A DNA stretch of 64,000 bases from Takakia lepidozioides (Eukaryota > Plantae > Bryophyta), in NCBI GenBank assembly GCA_030704615.1, contig CM060731.1, positions 47,864,001 through 47,928,000 on the forward strand, given 5' to 3'. The notes below the pieces were generated by a model that searched no databases, was not told where the DNA came from, and worked only from the letters and a program-made list of their open reading frames with translations. Shown here in pieces: positions 14,056-25,930 of the stretch. The position numbers were made by a program, and so were the translations under genes. Positions within the stretch are counted from its first letter, which is position 1. The number at the start of each line of letters is the position of its first letter.

Positions 14056-14391
14056 TTTGATACTTGATTTCCAAACATGCAAGGGCTTAGTATGTAGACC
14101 ATATCTATATCAGTCTATTCTATCTGGGCGATTTTTACATAAGAAAGCCTCAATTTCACTCCGGCTAACTTTCATGGTTGGGGATCTGCACTGAGAATTG
14201 GTACCACACCTTGTTATCAACTGATACAAAAAGCATATTGAAACTAGCACGCTTATTCTTCTTTTTATGGGAGGGATAAAGGTCTCACTTCGGCAATCGC
14301 ATATTTATCAAATCGCAGTTTATGACACGAGGGGCGGCGACGGAATAGATGTTAAAGATGCAGTCTGCAATGACTGGAAAAGATAAATCAT

Positions 14392-14643
14392 TCCGCGGAA
14401 ATAGGCACCTACCTCACGCCTTTGGGCTCACGATCTACCATTCCCCCCTTCCGCCTGTTCTGTCCGCGGTTATAGGCCCGTGCCTATGGAAATGACGTGG
14501 CGTCAACTACATTGACGAGGACTGCTGACGTGCCGTAACACCCGTGAACCAACGTAGCGAGAACTTCTGACGTGGCGTGAGCCTGACTGCGCTCACGTGC
14601 TCACACGCTCACGCGGCCAGGCTCACGCGGAGGCATTCCCCCC
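14392..14643 (-). mobile_element. Orphan terminal fragment of the same MULE family as 25144-39335
   Basis: Reverse-complement matches to the MULE left end: tccgcggaaataggcac (14392-14408) vs 25238-25254, and ctgacgtggcgtgagcct (14567-14584) vs ~25210-25227. It ends in ...ggctcacgcggaggcattccccccc. A more degenerate gctcacg cluster lies at ~13690-13855. Confidence 0.7.
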
Positions 14644-16764
14644 CGTACAGACAGCCAGCTCCAGCCCTTGCGAGCAACACAACAAATCCCACAACCCCTC
14701 TACTGCCTACTCCGCCATTTTTGTTAGTTGGCTCCCCAGAGCAACGAGAGGCGTTGGACACATCCGCAACTGCTCATGCTGGAAGGCCCCATGGCCAACG
14801 TACTCCTACCCTCATATCTCATGTTCCTGATTCGCACCACCACCAGAGGCCAAGCTCCAGACAATTTCAAGAAGCTTCGTCATCTTCACAACAGTCTCCT
14901 CCACTGCGGATTCAAGGTTCTTCCACTGGTGCCCAACCGACCGAAGAACTTCCACCGCGTCTATTGAGCCCTCTCCTACAACGCCTCTCAGGTACGGTCC
15001 AAGGTCCCACGCCGGTCACTTCTCCCCCATGTTCTCCATCCCATTCTCAACAACGGTTTCAAGGCGTCCCTACCTCTCTTGGTCATGAGCCTCTTCACGT
15101 GCCTTCTTCTCCAGTTGTGCAGCCCACATTGGCGACCCCATCGCTTTTCCCACAGCAGCAGGCGCCTATCCCTGCAGACCGTACCCCGCGCCCAGCTTGT
15201 GGTCGTCTTTTTGCGCGCATCAGAGGGGTTGCGCAACATCAGCGCACATGTGCGGCTCTTCATCAGACAGGCACATATGGTACTTCTCCATTTCAGCCCA
15301 GTGTCTTGTATGCACCACCTCGAGCCTCTGCATGGCATTGGCTTTCAGCTCTAGATGTACTAGGCGCACTTCAGCTTGGACTGCCAAGGCCTCGTCTTTA
15401 TACAAGAATCCTAGTGGCCGTGCGTCATGAGGTCCAACGGGCACTCCGTGTGCCCTTAGACAGGTTTGCTCGTGATCCTGCTGATATACCAGCATGCTAT
15501 CTTTTCTTGTTATTTCCTTAGTGGTGTTTGGTTTTGCCCCCTCACACATCTGTCTTCGCCGTTTCTTATCTGGAGATTGGGAGAGTCTGCAGGATGAGCA
15601 TCAATTACGAGCACTAGCTCTCGCAGCACGCGTCCCTTCGGCTTCCTCCACACAGCCACCATCATCGGCCCACAGGCGACTCCGTCATAGTCTCATGTTG
15701 GGCCGTGTTGGCGAATACTCACGCGCCGCCAGGGCCTTGGCACCTTCACTCCAGCGCCTCCATCAGCGGATACTGTTACTGCCCTCGAAGCCCTTCACCC
15801 ATCAGCTCAGGATATCCTTCCGCTCTTCGTCGAGGACTTTGAGCCAGACCAGAATCTCGAGCTGGATCGGGAGGTCTTCACTCAGGCTTTTACGCGCAGT
15901 CCACTAGAAGCATTCGTGTCATTTACCACTGGGGTAACGACTCATTTTGAGTCGTAAAAGTCAAAAAACTGGGATCAACTGGAAGTTACAAACGACTACT
16001 TACAACAGACGTGGTAGTTGGGTTGGACATCCAATGATTGGAGTGGTAAAGGACGCAGACGCGCGAACAACTGCTTAGCGATTAATGCGATTAATGCTGA
16101 AGAACCATGTGGCGTAACCAGGCGGGCTGCCCGTGTGTCTGACCTTTTGGGCTAACTTTGACTTTTCCCTCCGGATGAATGGACCGACTCACCGAAGCGC
16201 GGTGACACATGGACGCGGACGTGGAGGACGATGTGGACGCCGACGTGGCGGCGCCACGACGAGCAGCACTGCTGCGACGTGGCCATGGGCCCGAGGCCGC
16301 CACGTGGTAGTAGACCACATAATTTGCAGTGCTACATGCCTAAGTGGCAATTGCGACTGCGGAAGTTGGCGCAACCACTGCTTTACTACTTTACATGAAG
16401 TGCTCGAAATTACTTGAACAATCATTCATAGTGATTCATGCTTTGGAGTTTTGGTGTTTGTAGTGAATCGACTAGTAATGCCATACAAGAGAACTAATCA
16501 TGCATTAGAAATGCACAAACGATGAAAGACATGCCATGAAACAAAATGAAATGAAAATGAATGAAATGAAACAAAATGGTACTTTATTACATATGCGGAA
16601 AGCTCAAAGAGCTTATGGGACAAAATGAAAAACACAAAGTAAAAAAGCAGCCCAAAAGCTATTGTTGCTCTGGGGATTGCCTAAGGGTCAAGGCCTCGTG
16701 CAAGTAAGCTGCCAAGCAGTTCTGATCCTCATAATGCAAGACTTCAGTGAGTTCCACGAAATAG

Positions 16765-17540
16765 ACCATCTACCCATGGAGGTTTCTTGTAGTTATTGAT
16801 CCACAGGGAATCATAGGTAATTTTGTGCTTGAAATTTGGCCCTCTAGGATGAATCTGGACCACACTCTATCCCTGCTCCTTCAGCTATCCATGCCCCTGC
16901 ACAAATCATGCATTCATCATTGCCTTGCTGCTAGTAGCTGACAATGACAACCTACATTTGTTCTATGAAACACCCAACTCTGCTTATCACACTAGTTCCT
17001 ATGCTCAATTGCGTCTGCTACTCTCTGAAATGTAGCAGGCATTCACCTTTTTGCCTCGGTTGTCCCATCATTGACTGGGGGCAGAAAAGTATTCATTCCA
17101 CAGCTTCTCCTCATGTCTGTTACTTGTTTTTTAATACTTTCCGTCTGATTTTATCAATTGTGCCGTTGCTGCCACTTGACCATCTACCCATGCAGGTTTC
17201 TTGTAGCTTCATAGTTAATTTGGAGCTTGAAGTCCGGCCCTCTTGGGTGAATCTGCACCCACACTCTATCCTTGCTCCTTCAGCTATCCATGCCTGGCAC
17301 GAATCATGCATATAACCTTGCCTTGTTGCTAACAGTTGACGATGACAGCCTAGACTTGTTCTAGGAAGCACCCAACTCAACTTATTACACTAGTTCCTAC
17401 GCTCAATTGCATCTGCTACTCTCTATAATCCAACAAACATTCACCTTCTTGCCTCGATTGTCCCACCATTGACTGGGGTCAGAAAAGTATTCATTCCACA
17501 ACTTCTCCTCGTCTGTGTTACCTGTTTCTGATACTTTCCT
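16765..17540. repeat. Tandem duplication, ~410-bp unit x2, inside the CACTA-like element
   Basis: gaccatctacccatg.aggtttcttgtag ... cagaaaagtattcattccaca occurs at ~16765-17145 and ~17178-17540. Confidence 0.85.
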
Positions 17541-17689
17541 GTTGTCACATTGGCAGAATCATGTCAAAGTCACTCCAAACTATCAAAGCTTCACTCAACC
17601 AGCTAACTTGCAGAATTTAGACATGAATAATTAGGGGCGATTCTGATAAGAGGGGAAAACAAGGTGAAATTGAAAAAGGTACCTTCATT

Positions 17690-17900
17690 AGCAATCATTA
17701 CACTCTATCCTTCGCTCAGCCATATTGTTGAACACTCCCTGTCCACAAGGGTATTGTTCAGAATGACATCTGCCACAATTCCAGCTTTGACGATGCAACC
17801 ATGGACCTCTTTGCCCTTCCCAGCAGGCTCGCACATGCACTACAAACGCAAACAAAACTGGTTGTGGCAAACTGGGAGCAATATATGTCAGAAGAAACCA
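17690..17900 (-). pseudogene. PLS-class PPR gene fragment
   Basis: Nucleotide paralog of 20650-20800, with GKEVHGCIVKAG-type and VFNNMAER motifs; frameshifted. Confidence 0.7.
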
Positions 17901-20479
17901 CTGATACAAATCTACAACTTATAGGCTGTCTCTATCCTCAAAATTGGCAGCACATCACCCGCTGTGATGACATATATTGCCCTAGACACACATTGCCCTA
18001 ACTGCCATCCCCCAAGATGCTACCCCCACCAGACTTATCTCACTTGGGTCCTTGCAAGGCTAACTTCCAGCTTTGACTCTGTGTGTGGGGCCTATCGGAC
18101 AACATACACCAGCAAGCCCTCTCCCTATCCTGCATCAACTCATCTCAGTCTTATCAACTGCAGAACGTGTGATGGGAGTGAGTGCAACATGGGAAAGAGC
18201 CACAACACATGATGAGCTGTAGGGAAGAAGCAACATCGTGCAAGTAAAGCAATTGATGAAGCAGAAAGACGAGGCAACATGGGAGAAGGGAAAATGGGGT
18301 CCAAGAGCTGAGAAGGTCAACTAGTCAACAATGAGGAACTGGCTCTGGAGCACTATGTTGATGATTAAAGGGAGCAGCAAATACATGTGGGGCATCGCAG
18401 CAAAGTGCATGCCAACGAGGGTCAAAATGGTGCAAGAAAGACTCAACGGATGGTGGGCAGCCAAGGGAGATGCAGTGAGACAAGGCACTCATGGCAAGGG
18501 AGCTGCCAAGACAAAACAGTTTATTAAGCTACGGAGAAAAAGGAAAGCACAAGATCAACTACGAGGAAAAGTAGCAATTCAGGCATGGGAGCTGCTGCTA
18601 AAACATGAGGAGGAAGACATACGAGGTGAAGCATCAAGGGAACCAATAGAAGATGAGGAAGATGGAGCACACTTTCTTGTCAAAGGTTGGCGGTCGAAGA
18701 ATGTAACCTAGCAATCAGAAAGTGAGGCACCCGAGGCTGGACTGCTGCAAAGAGGTACAAAGACAGGAGCTGAGAATGAGATGTTGCCTTTCGTTGAAGT
18801 TCCCCACACAAGGGCTATTTGGCAAGCAAAACCCCAGGCAAGGATGAGAGGTGAATCTGGGATAAAACCAGCAGCTGGGAGTGAGGAAGACACAAGGAAG
18901 GGCAGCAATACCTTGTCAAATCTGAGGTTGATGGCTGGAGAAATTAAACAAGGACTGGAAGTATGGGAGCAGCAATCGCATGAAGAAAAATCTGCCTGAG
19001 AGGCTGAAGAGTGAAAGGGAGGAAGACAGGCACCTCGCTTATGAAAAGTGGAAGGGCAGGGTAGAAAACCTGATGCCTGAAATTGATGGGAGCTCGTGGG
19101 AGACTCTGCCAAGAAGACTCCAATCAGCTGCTGCCAACAATCGGACCAGTGAAAGATCGCCCTTGGCTGGCGCAACACCACGAAATAAATGCAGCCCTAA
19201 TAGCATGGTGAGTGGGGCACCAACAGAGCCAGAAAATGAGGGAGAAGGAGGAGACTTCCCTGCCAAGAAAGTCAATGACGGGCCTGCAGTGGCATGCAAG
19301 GAAATGGACACCATAAGTGTTGCCAACAGATGCAAATCAGTGCTCATTCATTCGAAAGCACCACGGGAGATGAAGGAAAAGACACCTGCAGGGACGTTGA
19401 AGCATAAAAGAGGAGAGCAATTCACTTGGGAAGAAAGTGAAGCATTGGAGAACGAGGCTGATGACTGGCAGTCTGAAAAGGAAAGGCGGTTGTGGGAAAC
19501 CCTGCCAAGACAGCCATATGGAGAGAATCAAGCAGGTGGGAACTGCCCTTCATTGGGGTGGTGCAAACAAGAGCAAGACCAGAAGCTGAACCACATGAGA
19601 AGATAATGTGTTATCACAGATGGAGACCCTAGAAAATGCTTTGCCCAGGAGATGAAGAACATTAGGCAACTAGAAACGTGGGGGGCTGAATATGCTATGC
19701 AGTCAACTTGGCTTGTTGAATGCTTGCATAAGGGATGAGGGGTTGCTGCCAGTACACGGCATTGAGTTCATCAAATCCTACAACAGCCCACCATCGCTGC
19801 CCACTGCTTTACAAACTGCCACAAAAAGAGTTTCACAGGACTTACAGATGATTGGTGGAAGGCAAGGCCCCTCGCCATGGGCCAGATTAATTGTATGTTG
19901 CAGCCCAGAACAACGACGGGAAGTCATCTAGGGCAGCAAACCCCATCTTGGCAGCATCTTTTGTGTGAGAGAAGTCAAGCTGAACCTGCTCATCATATCG
20001 AGTGGGATGGACCAGATGTAAAGCTGCCAAGCCAACCACACTCATATTCGCACTCAAGCAACATAAGCTAGAGCCATTTTCAGATTATGAGTACCCGTGT
20101 TTTAAGAATACTCCTTCTTCAACTTGCGGTGAATGGGCAAAAAACTTCACAATGTGGAGCAGATCAATGGACCAAGATGCGGAGCTGAATTGGGTATCCA
20201 GTTGGGCAATGCTGGTTTCAAAACCCCGTTCCATCCCTGCGTTTCGAAGATCTGGCTTGAATGGGCACACTCCGGCAGTGGAAGGTTCACGAGTAAGTAA
20301 TGAGTTTGGGCTGATATGCATGCTTACATGCCATGCCGGTGCAAAGAACAGCGTTCTGAGTGGTGATTGTGATTTCAAAATTTGCCCCTGCATTCAAGCT
20401 GATTTCTCTCTCGAGCAGAGCCGCCTTGTGGACGTTCCAGCCAGTGTCCAAAAACAGCTCAAGTGCAAGACAACAACAT

Positions 20480-21360
20480 CAGCAAGGCATGGTTAGCTAA
20501 GCAAGGTCATGGTGGAGAGGCATTTGAACTCTCTGAACGTAATGTGGTCGGACTTCACCCCCTCCCACATCAACTGCTCATAGATCTCCAAAACCTGCAT
20601 TCCCCGCCCCTGTTGTGCATGTCCTGCGATCATCACTTTCCACGACACCACATTTGCTCAGCCATATTGTTGAACACTCCCTATCTAGAAGGGTATTCAT
20701 GTTCAGAATGACATCTACCACAATTCTAGCTTTGACGATGCAACCATGGACCTCTTTGCCCTTCTCCAACAGGCTCGCACATGCACTACAAACACAAACA
20801 AACGTAATGTGCTGGGCTTCACCCCCTAGACCCACATCATTTGCTCATAGGTCTCCAAAACCCGCAATCCCCGCCCATGTTGTGCATGTCCTGCGATCAT
20901 CACGTTACACCACATTTCGCTCAGCCATATTGTTGAACACTCCTTGTCCACAAGGGAATGCTCCCACGTTTGGCATACATGTTGACGAGGTATTGTACAT
21001 TCTGCGTACAGTTCCAGCTTTGACGATGTCACGATGGACCTCTTTGCCCTTTACCAAGTCTCCAGGGCTGCCAAGTTTGCACATGCATTGCAAACACAAA
21101 TGAACGTGACCCGGTTAGGTTGCACCCCTTCTCGCAACATTTGCTCATATGTCTCCAATGCCCTCATCCCGCACACATGCTGGCCATATCTTGCAAGATT
21201 CAGCGTGTTCCTTGAGACAACATCTCGTTCAGCCATGTTATCAAACTCTCCCTTCGCAACTTCATAGGTCTCCAAAGCCTCCATCCCACGTCCCTGTTGT
21301 GCATACCCTGCAAGCATCGCACTCCACGACACTACATCTCGGCAAAACAGGCTGAAATAG
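20480..21360 (-). pseudogene. PLS-class PPR gene fragments (several scrambled copies)
   Basis: RDVVSWSAMLAGYAQQGRGMEALETYE, EQMLREGVQPNRVTFICVCNACANL, ITFVCVCSACASL..GKEVHGCIVKA; multiple frameshifts. Confidence 0.85.
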
Positions 21361-24300
21361 CTTGAAGAAGAAGGTGCCCTCACCACATTGTCCTCTACCT
21401 TGTGTCATGACCCATTGCGGATTAGACTGACCATGAACCCAAGAAGACCTCTTGTGCGTGCTGCTTGTATCTGTAGTCAGTAATGTGGGATTGGTTCGTA
21501 AGAACCACCACGGTGCAGCTGAGCGGGCAGAGATTAAAATATGGGCTGCTAAGACCAAGCTGATTCCCTCAAGAACCTTGTGATCATCAGGATGAATACC
21601 AAATCATGGTACAAAGGGGAGCCAAGAACCCACTTTTGCACATAATGCGCCCTTGACGCCATAAACGCTTGCAACAACAGGACATGGGCCTCGATTTGGT
21701 CTTCGTCCTTCTCGCATCACTTGCTCGTCTCTCTCTCAAGCCTCCATCCCTCTCCCAACACTTAGACAAATTCAGGCAAAGGACAAAGTTACTCTTCCAC
21801 CCTTAGATCATTTTACATCCGACGATTAGAACAATCTCTACGAGCCACACAAGCCCTAAAATACATTAAAATATTCCACGTCATGATCCATGTGGAGCAC
21901 TTATAAAAATTCCATTTTTGAATAGGGTGTGTAATGAATGCCTAGTTGTTAAGAGTCGTTCTCTAGTGCTTAAAACCACTTGTAATTGTTGTTTAAAAAA
22001 ATAAAAAAATAACGTAATTGAATTAATTCGCCGCGAATATTGCGCCGACTGCGGAGTCATTGATGCAACTTCTATCCGCCATTAGAAATGTGAATTTATC
22101 CGTTACGACTGTACAGTAGTAACAAACATCTCAAAGTTGTTCCCTCAGTGGTTTTGGACATGCAATCGATTCGGAAAAGACACGAATGCTTCTAGTGAGT
22201 CCCCATCTTGCAGCGGCAGGTCCTTCCGGTCTCCTGTGTGAGCACTTACGCGACTATTTCTCTCCACAGGACTCTGCCAGTGGCTTCTCTCAGCTATTTC
22301 AGGTCTGCTCCTTTATTATTGCCGGGCGTATCCCTGCCCAAGTGGCCCGTCTCCTTGGGGCCTCTAGATTGTTGGCTATGAGCAAACCCTCAGGTCCTGG
22401 CATCTGCCCCATTGCAGTCAGAGAGGTTTTTTACCGCCTTGTCAGAAGCTCACTTTGCCTTCAGTTGAGACGCATTCTCCGCCCACCTCGTTCCTCACCA
22501 GTTCGGGGTCGCCACTCCAGGAGGTTGCGAGGTGGTGGTTTAGGGCAACGTTGCTGCTCTCGATCTTCATCCGGATTGGGTGGCTCTGCAGGTCGACGTC
22601 ACCAACGTTTTCAGGTGTCGACGTCAACGTTTTCAAAACTGTTGTCACGGGCGGCTATCTTCTAGGAGCTCCGTTCAGCCGGGGGAGATTTCCACCAGTT
22701 CATACCGTTTGTTCAATTATTCTATGCATCCGTCACTCCCCTCTACTACAGTCATTATTCTCGCCTGGGTGAGTGCTCCATCATTCAATCTGAGGTTGGG
22801 ATCCGACAAGGAGACCCTTTAGGAGGACCTTTGTTTGCCATGGCTCACGTCCGCGCCCTCATGGTCTATGCCACAAGTACATCTCACTAACTTCATTCTT
22901 ACTCATCTGTCTCTTTCTATCGGTGGCAGACGACTTGCACATCGTAGGCCCTACCTCGCAGGTACTTCCAGCTTACCATCATTTTGTCACCCAACTCCAT
23001 GTCGTGGGCCTTTTAGTGCAACCTCGCAAATGTGCGGTGTAGTCTCCGTCCGGTCTACATGCAGATTTTATCCCCCCCGCTCACTTCATTGCTCCGCCCA
23101 ATGGCATCAGAATCTTGGGAGTCCCCTTTGGCACCACCCAGTTCACAAAGTCCTTCTTGGAAGATGCACTCCACCAGGTTGTCACCCACGCTGATCTCCT
23201 TCCTAGGCTTGGAGATGTGCAGGTAGCATACGGAATCTTGACCAAATGCTTCCTTAAGCGTCCCTCCTATCTCTTGCGCATAGTTCCACCTAGCCCAGAT
23301 TTCCTATACCATTTATCTGGGTTTGATTCTACCATGATGGCCATTTTCGGGAGATTGTTAGGACTAGGAGCTCTGGAGGGTGCTCAGGGTCTTTTGCCAC
23401 GGCAGCAAGCCACCCTGCCCATCTCTTCCGGTGGTGTGGGTCTTTTGTCCACCGTCACTACAGCCCCCGCAGCCTTCCTCGGCAGTTGGGCGTTGGTTGC
23501 GCCAGCCCTTGCTTCACGATTTCTCTGCGACCATCGTCCCATCCTTAAGGACGCCATTGCGCATGTCGACAGTGGCATTTTACCCTTCCAGCAGCATCTC
23601 TGCTCTGCACGTGATCTTCTTCCGGCACCGGCGCGAGCATGTTTACCACCATTTGAGTAGCTGGTTGCTCCAGGCCTAGACCATATTCAGGAGTCCATTT
23701 TCGAGCGCGTGCACCGTCATTCCTTTTCCGGCATGCTAGTGCTTCTTCTGAGTTGCATTGGGCCCGATTTCTATCATGCGCAAGACTTGGAGCAGGGGAA
23801 AGTGTGTTGCAACACGACCCACTATCGCACATTTTCACCTCTCATCCCCTATTTTCACTACTGCGCTCCGCCTTCGACTCGGTTTACCTCATCCTTCGGC
23901 ATTGGGCCTTCAGAGATGCGTCTGTCGTCAGCCCATCGATGACCTTGCCATCCACCTCCTCCGCTGCCCATGTGGTGGCGAGCGCACTGCATCTCATGAT
24001 ATGGTTCGTAATGCGGTGGCATCTATTGCTCGGGAGGCAGGGTATCATGTTCTATGTGAGCAACCCCATCTTTGGCCGATGCTCACATCCCACTCTACAC
24101 GCCGGTGTTGAAATCGTTCTCTCCAGAGATGGTCTGCGTACCTTTGCAGATGTTGTTCTCGCCGACCCACTCGAGCAGATCTGCTATCTCGCGCAGCCAC
24201 CACACAAAGCAAGGCAGCGACTATAGCAGCTCAGACCAAGGAGCGCGACTACAACAATCGTGACCCTACTGACAGATTTCTTCCACTGGCGGTCGAGATA

Positions 24301-24810
24301 TTTGTCTCCTTGCACATGCACTTCGATGATTTTCTTCGGACATGTGCACATCATGCAGCGCATAGCAGGTCCACTGGCATCCCGCATGCCTCCGTCCTTG
24401 TCGCATACTATCGGCAGCGTGTTTCAGTTGCTTTGCAGAGAGCACAAGCCATATCTATTTGCATAGGCTGATGTGGTTGGCTCTGCGTCATCTTATCTTC
24501 CGCCTATGCCTGACACTTCGCCTATCTCTTTGCCTGATCTCCTCCAGGCTGTTGGCTGGGAGGGTCGTTCTGGTTGAGTAGCCTACTATAGCTTTTGTTT
24601 TCTTCCTGGTCGAGTAGTTTACTATAGCGTTGTTTTCTTCCTCTTGTTTCTTGTTTCTCCCCCCCCCCCTTTTTGGAACTTCTCATCTTCTGTACGTTCG
24701 CCCATTGTCTTTTTCTTTTTTTGGGTGCTGGCGATGATGGATTCATTTATGATTGACGAGATGCTGGACAATGTTCCAACTTTTTTTTTGTCTCATTCTC
24801 TTAATAGAAC

Positions 24811-25143
24811 TAGGGTAGCCTGTGCCGTTGGCCCAAGTGTCCAGTGTCATCTATATTCAAGCGTCTCCTATGTCGAGGCCCATGTGCGACCTCTAGGGTA
24901 GCATGTGTCGTTGGCCCATGTGTGAAGAATTGAAATCTCCAAGTGTAATTTCCTATGTATCCCAGTGCGTCTCCTATGTCGAGGCCCATCTAAGCCCAAG
25001 TGCAATCTTCCATGTATCCGTCTCTAGGGGAGTCTGTGCCGTTGGACCAAAGCCAGTAGCATCTAAGCCCAAATGTAAGATCTTCTATGTATCCCAGTGC
25101 GAGGCCCAAGTGCGACCTCTAGTGTAGCCTATGCCGTTTGGCC
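24811..25143. repeat. Degenerate short-unit repeat, left part (host of the MULE insertion)
   Basis: Recurring tagggtagcctgtgccgttggccc, gaggcccaagtg and tcctatgtatcc motifs; the same repeat resumes at 39333-39580. Confidence 0.75.
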
Positions 25144-25930
25144 GGGGGGTGCTATTCCGTGAGCCTGGAGGCGTGAGCCTGTGAGCCCAGGAAAGCGTGA
25201 GCCCAGCACAGGCTCACGCCACGTCAGCATGCAAACAGTGCCTATTTCCGCGGATGTCACCTATTTCCGAGTGGGGTCACCTATTTCCGCGGGTTGATGT
25301 GGGGAGAATTGAGAATTGAGAACAAAGTGGTTTGTTTGTTTTTGCAATGTACTCAAGTCTGTGAGGTCCACAAAACAACAAATATATTGAAGGAACAATC
25401 CGGGCAGTCCATGCAACCCCCATCTCCAACAATAGTTTGGAACCATGAATGTGAATTCCATGCACACATTGCAAAGAGGACAATAAGGACACACAACCAT
25501 CCCATTTCAAATTTGTCCCAGAATTAAACCAAAAGAATACTTCATATCAAGTGTCGCAGTCATCACAATCAATGTCCACCTCCTGTGCTATGTCATCTAC
25601 AAAGATTCTGGCCCCAACACCACGTGTTCTACGAAGGCCATCGCAAGGTGGACTCTGAGTGCCATGAACGGACATGCTTGCTGCGAGTGCCTCCGCATAG
25701 ACAGGTAGCACACAAGACCGAGGAGGACTGAAAACAAGTCCAAATAGGTGTGATAGCCCAGGAGGGCAAGTGGAAGCACGCGGACTCCTACACATGTCCA
25801 CAAAATTCCATTTTTAACACAATGATGCAATGCACAAGTCCAACGAAGAGGATGTCTCCCATTTGCACTTTGCCTCAAGAACAGCGATTCTCGATAATGA
25901 AACAACAATGCAAGCATGCACAGGTTCAAC

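Larger units (their letters stand above)
15902..22197. mobile_element. Non-autonomous CACTA-ended (CMC superfamily) element carrying captured gene fragments
   Basis: Perfect 19-bp TIR cactagaagcattcgtgtc / gacacgaatgcttctagtg; subterminal acgact/agtcgt repeats; flanking 4-bp duplication agtc (15898-15901, 22198-22201). No transposase recognised. Confidence 0.9.
14644..24640 (+). mobile_element. CRE-like non-LTR retrotransposon (RT + restriction-like endonuclease), decayed and split by the insertion at 15902-22197
   Basis: Frameshifted motifs: GEYSRAARALAP and TALEALHP (15700-15800); after the insertion AAGPSG, PIAVREVFYRLV, QFGV, LQVDVTN, GIRQGDPLGGPLF, ADDLHI, LGVPFG, TLPISSGGVGL, zinc knuckle CVCRQPID..HLLRC..GERTASHD, and RLE-like ADVV..KERDY..PLAVE. 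T-rich 3' end. Confidence 0.85.

Noticed and set aside
18331-19606. Purine-rich ORFs as a real gene or transposase
   Set aside because: Fragmented, with no recognisable domain; treated as captured debris.
14392-25254. Inverted repeats as a TIR pair enclosing the CRE element
   Set aside because: The outer tips (14643 and 25144) face each other, and 25144 pairs with ~39335 via a TSD, so they belong to different elements.
25547-25801. Extra terminal exon of the MTase gene
   Set aside because: A donor-like GA|GTAAGT overlaps the stop, but no phase-compatible acceptor was found; left unresolved.
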